Below, in pieces: positions 1 through 6,997 of a DNA stretch of 12,983 bases. Numbering within the stretch: the first letter of the stretch is position 1; every line of letters starts with the position of its first letter. The translations under genes and the position numbers were made by a program. The stretch lies in IMG/VR virus record IMGVR_UViG_3300013285_000009, positions 1 through 12,983 of that record. One strand, 5' to 3'. The stretch is from a virus (lineage: Duplodnaviria > Heunggongvirae > Uroviricota > Caudoviricetes). The notes below the pieces were generated by a model, which saw only the letters and a program-made list of their open reading frames with translations, searched no databases and had not been told where the DNA came from.

Positions 1-448
1 ATCATCTGCTTCATTGGCTACGTTCGCAACAACAGCAAACGCAGTAGCAGGAGCTAACGTAAGCGGTACAGTATCATCTGCTTCATTGGCTACGTTCGCA
101 ACAACAGCAAACGCAGTAGCAGGTGCTAACGTATCGGGTGCAGTCGCATTCGCAACAACAGCAAACGCAGTAGCAGGTGCTAACGTAAGCGGTACAGTAT
201 CATCTGCTTCATTGGCTACGTTCGCAACAACAGCAAACGCAGTAGCAGGTGCTAACGTAAGCGGTACTGTTGCAAGTGCAACCGTAGCAGCTTCTGCGAA
301 TGCAGTAGCAGGTGCTAACGTATCGGGTGCAGTCGCATTCGCAACAACAGCAAACGCAGTAGCAGGTGCTAACGTATCGGGTGCAGTCGCATTCGCAACA
401 ACAGCAAACGCAGTAGCAGGTGCTAATGTAAGTGGTACGGTAGCCCTT
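1..448 (+). repeat. In-frame coding tandem repeat array with 72-, 63- and 54-nt units
   Basis: The core ttcgcaacaacagcaaacgcagtagcagg starts at 23, 95, 149, 221, 338 and 392, with diverged units at 284 and 446. Spacings are 72, 54, 72, 63, 54, 54, 54 nt. Confidence 0.95.
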
Positions 449-910
449 GCTACGTCGGCAACAAGTGCAGGTAGTGCAACTACCGCAGGTACTGTCACAA
501 CAGCAGCACAGCCAAACATTACTTCAGTTGGAACATTAAGTATAATGACTTCTAGTGGTAACGTTACAGGCGCGAACGTAATTGCATCAACGTATACTAT
601 ACACGGTGTTACAACTGGTATCTCAGCATCGGGTTCTACTCAAGGCACCGGTACTATATTGACTAAACAGATCAACGTTGTGCCTACTGTAGCAGCAGGA
701 CAAGGGGTTGTGTTACCAGTGGCAGTAGCAGGTATGATTATCTTCATTACCAATACTAGTGCGAACACATTGTTAGCATATCCTCCATCAGGTGGAACAA
801 TTAATACGCTTGCAGTGAATGCGGGATTATCTATGCCTCCTGGTTCTACGTTGCAATACCTGGCACCTACTACATCACAGTGGTATACAGTCGGAGCTAC
901 ATACGCTTAA
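2..910 (+). CDS. Putative tail fibre/virion fibre protein with Ala/Thr/Val/Asn-rich tandem repeats (5'-truncated by the window edge)
   Basis: The frame is open from position 2 (tca tct gct tca ttg...), so the TTG at 14 in the ORF track is an internal Leu of a repeat. Repeats FATTANAVAGANVSG, then a TAAQPNITSVGTL segment and a beta-rich C-terminal domain ending QWYTVGATYA; TAA at 908-910. It lies upstream of other structural-looking genes. The fibre function is inferred. Confidence 0.65.
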   Translation, partial: SSASLATFATTANAVAGANVSGTVSSASLATFATTANAVAGANVSGAVAFATTANAVAGANVSGTVSSASLATFATTANAVAGANVSGTVASATVAASANAVAGANVSGAVAFATTANAVAGANVSGAVAFATTANAVAGANVSGTVALATSATSAGSATTAGTVTTAAQPNITSVGTLSIMTSSGNVTGANVIASTYTIHGVTTGISASGSTQGTGTILTKQINVVPTVAAGQGVVLPVAVAGMIIFITNTSANTLLAYPPSGGTINTLAVNAGLSMPPGSTLQYLAPTTSQWYTVGATYA

Positions 911-922
911 TAAAGGAACATT

Positions 923-1546
923 ATGAATATCACTTTAGAATTACTTCAGGCGGTGTGCCCCGGTACACACGTTGCTACTCTTGATCATTTTGTAGCGCCA
1001 CTCAATCAAACGGCTGAGTACTATGACATAACGCAAACGCCGGCTAGGGTATCGGGATTCATTGCTCAACTTGCTCACGAGAGCGGAGGCTTCAATGCTA
1101 TCAAAGAGAATCTAAATTACTCCAGTCAAGGTCTTCGTAACACCTTTGGAAAATACTTCACATCAGATGAATTAGCTGATCATTATGCTAGAAATCCCAT
1201 GATGATTGCTAATAGAGTATATGCTAATCGTATGGGTAACGGTGATGAAGCATCGGGCGATGGTTATAAGTATTGCGGTAGAGGTTTGGTACAGCTTACT
1301 GGTAAGAATAATTACACCACTTTCGCAGCAGCACTAAGTATGAATATAGACGAGTGTGTTGCCTATATGGAAACACCTGATGGTGCTTGCGCGAGCGCCG
1401 GATGGTTTTGGGATCAGAATCAATTAAATACATATTGCGACTCAGGTGATTTTACAGGGTTGACAAAACGCATCAATGGCGGAACTAACGGGTTAGATGA
1501 CAGACTACATCGTTATGAAATTGCACTAAAAATGTTACAGGGATAA
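923..1546 (+). CDS. Glycoside hydrolase family 19 (chitinase/lysozyme-like) peptidoglycan hydrolase
   Basis: Motifs FIAQLAHESGGF (catalytic Glu codon at 1079-1081), ANRVYANRMGNGDEASGDG, GRGLVQLTGKNNY, SAGWFW and TKRINGGTNGLDDR match phage GH19 lysins. SD-like aaagga at 914-919. Confidence 0.93.
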   Translation: MNITLELLQAVCPGTHVATLDHFVAPLNQTAEYYDITQTPARVSGFIAQLAHESGGFNAIKENLNYSSQGLRNTFGKYFTSDELADHYARNPMMIANRVYANRMGNGDEASGDGYKYCGRGLVQLTGKNNYTTFAAALSMNIDECVAYMETPDGACASAGWFWDQNQLNTYCDSGDFTGLTKRINGGTNGLDDRLHRYEIALKMLQG

Positions 1547-1548
1547 TT

Positions 1549-4032
1549 ATGGCTCAGCCAATTTGGAACACAGCTGCCGGGTCAGTGGGGTCATTCCCGG
1601 CTAGTATATTACTATCAATACAGTTGAATGCTACAGCCCAACCACCGGCTATTAGTGTAATATATACCTTATTAAGCGGCAACTTACCAACCGGGTTACG
1701 CATTAATGCAGCAGGACTAATCTATGGTACACCTGATCTACAGACAAATGCTACGGTGAGCACATTTACTGTTCGGGCTACTGATAATTTAGGTAATCTG
1801 CGCGATAGAACATTCAGCATGAGTATATCAGGCGCATCTATTCCGCAATTTACAACACCCGCCGGCAATTTACTTAGTACACAGGATAGTTATTGGGTTC
1901 GTCTACCAATCGGATATTCAAATCCAGACCCGTCTAACATAGCATATGTTGAACTAAAAGAGGGGATGCTTCCTCCTGGTCTAGAGATTAATGAACTTGG
2001 CATTATTCAAGGTTATCCTCAGCCCCCTATCGTAAGTATTACTTTACCGTTGCTTAATACAGTAGCATCTGCAACCACATCAACTACTAATATAATAACT
2101 TGTTCTAGCACAGTTGGATTTACTATCGGTCGACCAGTTATATTTACCGGTACAGTATTCGGTGATATAGTAGCTGGTACTACGTATTATATAAAAACAA
2201 TTAATACTACAACTAGCTTCACGGTATCAGCCACACAAAACGGATCAATGATCAATCTAGTTAATGCGACAGGATATATGACAGTCTCGTTACCTGATAC
2301 AGCAGTAGGTGCCCCTACTATTAGAACATATACATTTACTTTAGTATTAGTTAGTGTAATGGGCGGTGACACTGTAGTCTATTCAATGACGATTATTAAT
2401 CAAAATACCCCTGTTAGCCAAGGGGGCCCGGGCAAAACGCCTAATTCACGTATACCAACTCTACTTAACACTAGACCACTGACTTATAGATTAACTGATA
2501 CTGATTCATACTTTGGTTATTATATATTGCCCCCGGTAGAACCCACTGAGAGTGCATTTATGGGTACTGCTATTAGTGGCGACTATTTTGCATTTAAAAT
2601 GATTGGATATGACTTTGATAATAATCCAACCCAATACTCATTTTCAGGATTACCTTTAGGATTAGTAGGTGATCCAGTAACTGGGTGGATTACAGGTACT
2701 CCAGTATTAACATCTGAGGGTATTAGTAACTATAATTTTAGAGTAAGTGTATATAAAGTATCGAACCCCGGACTTACTAGTGGTTATTTTAATTACTCAC
2801 TTAATATCAGTAACAATGTATTGGGTTATATTACTTGGGTGTCGCCCGCCAACTTGGGAACAGTATATAACGGTACGATCAGTACCTTAAGTGTGTCAGC
2901 TACTTCTGATGTTGCACTTTCATACAGAATTTCAACTGGATCGTTACCTCCTAACTTAGAATTACTTACTAATGGTGAAATTATCGGCAGAGTTGCAGAC
3001 CAACCTACTAGTTCATTCTTGCAACAAGGAGCTGTAACTCCATTTACTTTCACTGTACTTGCTTACTCGGCTGATTTCTCGATAATTTACTCTAGCAAGA
3101 CATTTACGATTGATGTGTTACAGCAATATAGTCAGCCCACTGATGTGTTGTATATTAAGGCTAGTCCTAGTGTTAATGATAGACAGATTTTAGCCACATT
3201 ATTAACTGATACTGCTATTATTCCAACAGATGATTTATATAGACCGGCTGATATTTATTTTGGTAAAGCATCGAGTATTGTATATGATCATGCATACGGA
3301 ATCTATGCAAGCGAAATAGCAACTTATCTTGCAGCAGTAACTGAAAATCATTATTGGAGAAACATTACATTGGGTGAGTTAAAAACGGCTGTTGCTAAGA
3401 ACGAAGCCGGCGACATTATCTATGAAGTAGTATATAGTGAGGTCATTGATAATTTAGTTAACCCGTATGGTGTTAGTATTAAGAGTCCGATATATTGGAA
3501 TAGACCAATCGATCTGGGATTAGGACCGTGGTATACAAGTATTACCGATATTTATACTAGCTATGACTTTGAAATCAATGGCCTACCTACATACTACACT
3601 AGTTTATCACCCGGCTATGCTAGGGTGTTGTATCCAGCAAGCTTATATAACATGCGAAATAGAGTTGCAGCTATAGTGGGACAGGAATATGATTCTAATC
3701 TATTACCTAGTTGGATGACTAGCCAGCAACCAAACGGAAGCACATTGGGTTATACCCAAGCCTGGGTTATCTGTTATACAAAACCCGGAAAAGCAGCAGT
3801 TATTAAGAATAATATTAAAACAATGTGGCAGTACTCGCTGAACCAGATTAATGTCAATATCGATAGATTTACGGTAGATAAGAGTACGACATATGACTAT
3901 GACAACAAACTATCACCGCCCGCTTGGATTGATTTACCTAGTGGTCAGCCCGTACCCGATCCACTAGATGGTGAAGATTTTTATGTATTGTTTCCTAGAA
4001 AAACAATTTTACCCGATCAAACCCAGTACTAA
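1549..4032 (+). CDS. Large putative virion protein with about four putative-Ig (He_PIG-like) repeats; possibly baseplate or tail associated
   Basis: 827 aa. Four LPxGL/LPPNL...G.I.G units at about 1672-1734, 1957-2019, 2644-2703 and 2932-2994, each followed later by a T/Y-F-T-V/L or YNFRV strand. It starts 2 nt after the GH19 stop. Confidence 0.7.
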   Translation: MAQPIWNTAAGSVGSFPASILLSIQLNATAQPPAISVIYTLLSGNLPTGLRINAAGLIYGTPDLQTNATVSTFTVRATDNLGNLRDRTFSMSISGASIPQFTTPAGNLLSTQDSYWVRLPIGYSNPDPSNIAYVELKEGMLPPGLEINELGIIQGYPQPPIVSITLPLLNTVASATTSTTNIITCSSTVGFTIGRPVIFTGTVFGDIVAGTTYYIKTINTTTSFTVSATQNGSMINLVNATGYMTVSLPDTAVGAPTIRTYTFTLVLVSVMGGDTVVYSMTIINQNTPVSQGGPGKTPNSRIPTLLNTRPLTYRLTDTDSYFGYYILPPVEPTESAFMGTAISGDYFAFKMIGYDFDNNPTQYSFSGLPLGLVGDPVTGWITGTPVLTSEGISNYNFRVSVYKVSNPGLTSGYFNYSLNISNNVLGYITWVSPANLGTVYNGTISTLSVSATSDVALSYRISTGSLPPNLELLTNGEIIGRVADQPTSSFLQQGAVTPFTFTVLAYSADFSIIYSSKTFTIDVLQQYSQPTDVLYIKASPSVNDRQILATLLTDTAIIPTDDLYRPADIYFGKASSIVYDHAYGIYASEIATYLAAVTENHYWRNITLGELKTAVAKNEAGDIIYEVVYSEVIDNLVNPYGVSIKSPIYWNRPIDLGLGPWYTSITDIYTSYDFEINGLPTYYTSLSPGYARVLYPASLYNMRNRVAAIVGQEYDSNLLPSWMTSQQPNGSTLGYTQAWVICYTKPGKAAVIKNNIKTMWQYSLNQINVNIDRFTVDKSTTYDYDNKLSPPAWIDLPSGQPVPDPLDGEDFYVLFPRKTILPDQTQY

Positions 4033-4040
4033 ATAGACAT

Positions 4041-5081
4041 ATGAGCACAATAAACACTTCAGGCGTGAATGTCAACTATCCGGTTCCTGGCATTAACAAT
4101 AACAGTCAGGGATTCCGCGACAACTTCACTGCTATTAAAACTAATTTAGATGCAGCTAGTGTCGAGATTACAGACCTACAAAACAAGGTCATCGTAAAAT
4201 CTGCCCTTGCTAACACAACGTTGAATAATGACATGGCTAATACGCTAATGTCTAATACATTAACTCGCAGCTTCAGAGCGACCACATACAATCTAGGTAA
4301 TGCATTATCTGGCACGGTATTAGTAGATGCTTCTTTGGGTGACGTACAATACGGTACAATCGCAGGTAATGTCACTTTGCAGTTTGCAGGTTGGGCACCG
4401 TCAGGCACGCAAAGTAATGTCCAATTGCAATTAGCTGTGTCGAATGCAAGTGCGGTAGTTTCATTCCCTTCATCAATCTCAAGCAACGCATGTTTGGGCG
4501 TAACAACTTTGGAAAACTATGCCAATGTCGCAAGTATAGCGACTGTTAGTGTTCCTTATGCAGTATGTCAGTTAGATTATCGTCTTAGTACCGTAGACTG
4601 CGGAGCTAACGTTTTAATCGAACCATACAATAGACCAAGAAAAGCTACCGAGATTAGAACTCGTACCCCTTCCCCCGCAGGCTTTCAGGGTGACGTAGCC
4701 GGCACAGTAACAGTAGATGCTAATTATTTATATGTCTGCACCGATACATTTGATGCTAACGTATCGAATACTACAACAACATTGGCAACTTCTACTACAA
4801 CAAGTACTAATCTTATTGAAATCGGTAATACTGCTAATGTAGCATTGAATGCACCTGTAATCTTTACAGGAACTACCTTCGGTGGAATTATCGCTGATAC
4901 CGTGTACTATGTCAAGTCTATCCCTACCCCGGGGGTTGGCGGGACCATTACTATCAGTGACACTCGCACTTCAGGTACAGCAGGATCAGTAGTGCCATTA
5001 TCTACCGCATCGGGGTCAGTGACAATTACGTGCTATAAAGGCACGGTTATTTGGAAGCGCATTGCATTGACTGCTTGGTAA
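4041..5081 (+). CDS. Putative virion structural protein: helical N-terminus, beta-rich middle, C-terminal DANYLYVC...WKRIALTAW fibre-type motif
   Basis: 346-aa ORF. The N-terminus (YPVPGINNNSQGFRDNFTAIKTNLDAASVEITDLQ) looks coiled-coil-like. The C-terminal motif resembles short tail-fibre terminal motifs. TAAATA at 4030-4035 lies just upstream. Confidence 0.6.
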   Translation: MSTINTSGVNVNYPVPGINNNSQGFRDNFTAIKTNLDAASVEITDLQNKVIVKSALANTTLNNDMANTLMSNTLTRSFRATTYNLGNALSGTVLVDASLGDVQYGTIAGNVTLQFAGWAPSGTQSNVQLQLAVSNASAVVSFPSSISSNACLGVTTLENYANVASIATVSVPYAVCQLDYRLSTVDCGANVLIEPYNRPRKATEIRTRTPSPAGFQGDVAGTVTVDANYLYVCTDTFDANVSNTTTTLATSTTTSTNLIEIGNTANVALNAPVIFTGTTFGGIIADTVYYVKSIPTPGVGGTITISDTRTSGTAGSVVPLSTASGSVTITCYKGTVIWKRIALTAW

Positions 5082-5087
5082 ACTATT

Positions 5088-5324
5088 ATGATGGAACATC
5101 CCTTCGTAAACAACTTGTCAGATAAGTCTTTGGAAGACTTACAGACTGATATATCATCGCTAACCGGTAAGTTAAACTTTGCTTACCGAATGAGCAATCA
5201 GGCGTTAGTGCAGCAATTGCAAATGGCTATCAACAGCTACCGATCAGAGTATGGTCGCAAAATGGATACCATGATGGCTAAGCAGAACATGAAGGAACAA
5301 ATTAGCATCCAAAAAGATAGCTAA
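5088..5324 (+). CDS. Small helical hypothetical protein
   Basis: 77-78 aa (tandem ATG at 5088 and 5091), 6 nt after the previous stop. Amphipathic, heptad-like sequence (LSDKSLEDLQTDISSLTGKL). Confidence 0.75.
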   Translation: MMEHPFVNNLSDKSLEDLQTDISSLTGKLNFAYRMSNQALVQQLQMAINSYRSEYGRKMDTMMAKQNMKEQISIQKDS

Positions 5325-5339
5325 TTTATCCCGAATACG

Positions 5340-5368
5340 TTGCAATCTGTCAACGTTTGTGTTATACT
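5340..5368 (+). promoter_or_regulatory. sigma70-type promoter with extended -10, probably giving a leaderless transcript
   Basis: TTGCAA (5340-5345), 17-nt spacer, TATACT (5363-5368), TG at 5360-5361. The ATG at 5375 is 7 nt after the -10 and no SD is present. Confidence 0.75.
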
Positions 5369-5374
5369 AGTCGA

Positions 5375-5881
5375 ATGAAAATAGATATGTATGGTCAGCA
5401 AATCTTCAATGAAGACGATTTGTGCAATTTAATGATGGGTGATCCTCAGGCTCAAGCCGAGCATGTACTTGTCGATCAACCCATCAGATTCGCCGAGATA
5501 CTATCTATTCGGAACGTACCAAACCTTCAAGTTTATAAATCATCTACGTTATCTGTAGATGCCTTTGATAAGGCAAATCAAGATAATTGGGCAATGCCTA
5601 ATGAATATAAAACGATGGATATTGCAAAATGGGTACTAGACCAGTGCAAGACGGAAGACGAACTACAGCGAGCCGGTGATGAACTTCTTAAATTTCATGA
5701 CCGAGACATGTTTGTATTGTTACAATATCTCAAATACCTAGTTGATACTATGCGTGAGCATAATATTGTATGGGGTGTCGGTCGAGGCAGTAGTGTGGCA
5801 AGTTTCGTATTGTTTCTTATCGGAATTCATAAGATCAATAGCCTGTATTACGGGCTTTCAATCGATGAATTTTTAAAATGA
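5375..5881 (+). CDS. dnaE: Stand-alone DNA polymerase III alpha (DnaE)-like fragment lacking the catalytic aspartates
   Basis: The C-terminal half RAGDELLKF...LKYLVDTMREHNIVWGVGRGSSVASFVLFLIGIHKINSLYYGLSIDEFLK aligns with the DnaE segment [35 protein letters not shown], without gaps from the GxGRGS motif onward. ATG 5375 is preferred over TTG 5357, which lies inside the promoter. TGA at 5879-5881. Confidence 0.82.
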   Translation: MKIDMYGQQIFNEDDLCNLMMGDPQAQAEHVLVDQPIRFAEILSIRNVPNLQVYKSSTLSVDAFDKANQDNWAMPNEYKTMDIAKWVLDQCKTEDELQRAGDELLKFHDRDMFVLLQYLKYLVDTMREHNIVWGVGRGSSVASFVLFLIGIHKINSLYYGLSIDEFLK

Positions 5882-5922
5882 CCGGCATAAATCACATTAA
5901 ATAATCTAACAAGGAGAAAATT

Positions 5923-6306
5923 ATGGCAATTCACAGAACAGCAATGGGTAAGTCAGTAGATATGGCTTCACTCTCTAGTAAAAATGAACTCACCCGAGCA
6001 GTCGGTAACATGAGTGTTAATGCGCGAGGTGACACGATTGATGCACACGGTCGTATCACTCAGTCTGCTACTACCAAAGTCAATGAGTTGTACTCACAAA
6101 CTGTAGGTAATAGATCAGCACAAGTTCGATCACGAGTCAATACAACACCGACCCCGGATGTAGCACCAGTGGCACCGGCGATTGACCCAACTGAATTAAA
6201 TGCAATCGAACTAGAGTTAGATAGTAACCTAGATGAAGAGCTTGAAATTGAAGCTATCAAGGCAGCAGAAGTAGATGTTGCTAAAACTAAACCAGCTAAG
6301 AAGTAA
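5923..6306 (+). CDS. Hypothetical protein with a Pro/Ala- and Glu-rich C-terminal half and a Lys-rich tail
   Basis: 127-aa ORF with a strong SD (aaggag 5911-5916) and TAAATA at 5898-5903. Confidence 0.8.
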   Translation: MAIHRTAMGKSVDMASLSSKNELTRAVGNMSVNARGDTIDAHGRITQSATTKVNELYSQTVGNRSAQVRSRVNTTPTPDVAPVAPAIDPTELNAIELELDSNLDEELEIEAIKAAEVDVAKTKPAKK

Positions 6307-6309
6307 TAT

Positions 6310-6678
6310 ATGACAAGACCGGCATACTCACCCACCCAAGTACGTAGTTTCAAACCGCTTGGTAAAACTATTGTAGTATCTGATATGAACTTTGATGAAC
6401 GTATTACTGCGAACGGTATTGTTCTATTAAACGATGACAAAAAATCTGCGGGTATCCGTCCTCGTTGGGCTAAGATTTACGCAGTTGGTCCGGAGCAGAC
6501 TGATGAGGATCTTCAAGTAGGTAAATATATTCTTATTAGTCACGGTCGATGGACACGCGGCATCACGATTGAAGATGAAACGGGTAAGCAGACATTGCGT
6601 AAAGTTGATCCTGATGATATACTATTAGTAAGTGACGAACCCGTCTCTGATGAAACAATGAGTACACAGGTATATTAA
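6310..6678 (+). CDS. groES: GroES/Cpn10-like co-chaperonin
   Basis: FKPLGKTIVV (GroES N-terminal strand), mobile loop RITANGIVL (GIVL at 6415-6426), AKIYAVGP, LQVGKYIL and DDILLV follow the GroES motif order. Confidence 0.8.
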   Translation: MTRPAYSPTQVRSFKPLGKTIVVSDMNFDERITANGIVLLNDDKKSAGIRPRWAKIYAVGPEQTDEDLQVGKYILISHGRWTRGITIEDETGKQTLRKVDPDDILLVSDEPVSDETMSTQVY

Positions 6679-6679
6679 T

Positions 6680-6997
6680 ATGAAATGGTTTGACAATTGG
6701 ATAGCAAGATGTTTGCAACGCCATCACCAAAGACACAATAACGAGTGTGAAGCAATGCCCGCAAGTCGTTATTCAAACACGCTCACCGGTTCTAAACGCG
6801 CCAATGCAAACGAATCTTTGCGAACTCGCGGTATGAACTTCAGCATTCATCCTGCATCCGGTGGTCATGTCTTAGAATATAATTCGTATAATAATAACAC
6901 AGATGAATACGAAAATACGCTGCATCTTATTCCCAGTGATGAAGATTTAGGTCAAACAATCGGTCATGCTATAACTTTAGAAATGTTGAGAAAATGA
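6680..6997 (+). CDS. Hypothetical protein
   Basis: 105-aa ORF starting 1 nt after the groES stop; its TGA overlaps the next ATG (ATGA 6994-6997). Confidence 0.75.
   Translation: MKWFDNWIARCLQRHHQRHNNECEAMPASRYSNTLTGSKRANANESLRTRGMNFSIHPASGGHVLEYNSYNNNTDEYENTLHLIPSDEDLGQTIGHAITLEMLRK

Noticed and set aside
14-16. TTG start of the first ORF as given in the track
   Set aside because: It is an internal Leu of the repeat unit; the frame is open back to position 2.
1-448. CRISPR array or DGR template/variable repeat
   Set aside because: The repeats are in frame within an ORF, the linkers are themselves repeated rather than unique, differences are mostly synonymous and not adenine-specific, and no cas or reverse transcriptase gene is in the window.
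2187-4486. Antisense ORFs 2187-2372, 2826-3053 and 4106-4486
   Set aside because: They lie wholly opposite long, well-supported + strand genes, show no recognisable motifs, and are typical shadow ORFs.
5325-5353. Antisense sigma70 promoter from a perfect TTGACA on the minus strand (5348-5353)
   Set aside because: The -10 position at 17-18 nt spacing reads GATAAA or ATAAAT, a poor match. It may be chance, or a weak antisense promoter that cannot be supported here.
5357-5374. TTG start at 5357 for the DnaE-like ORF
   Set aside because: It overlaps the promoter spacer and -10 element; ATG 5375 fits the predicted +1.
5879-5922. Stop-codon reassignment, readthrough, frameshift or intein extending the DnaE fragment
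   Set aside because: TGA is followed by ccg gca TAA. No PDxDxD-like continuation or intein N-terminus is visible downstream. TAA, TAG and TGA all end well-supported genes, so the standard code fits.
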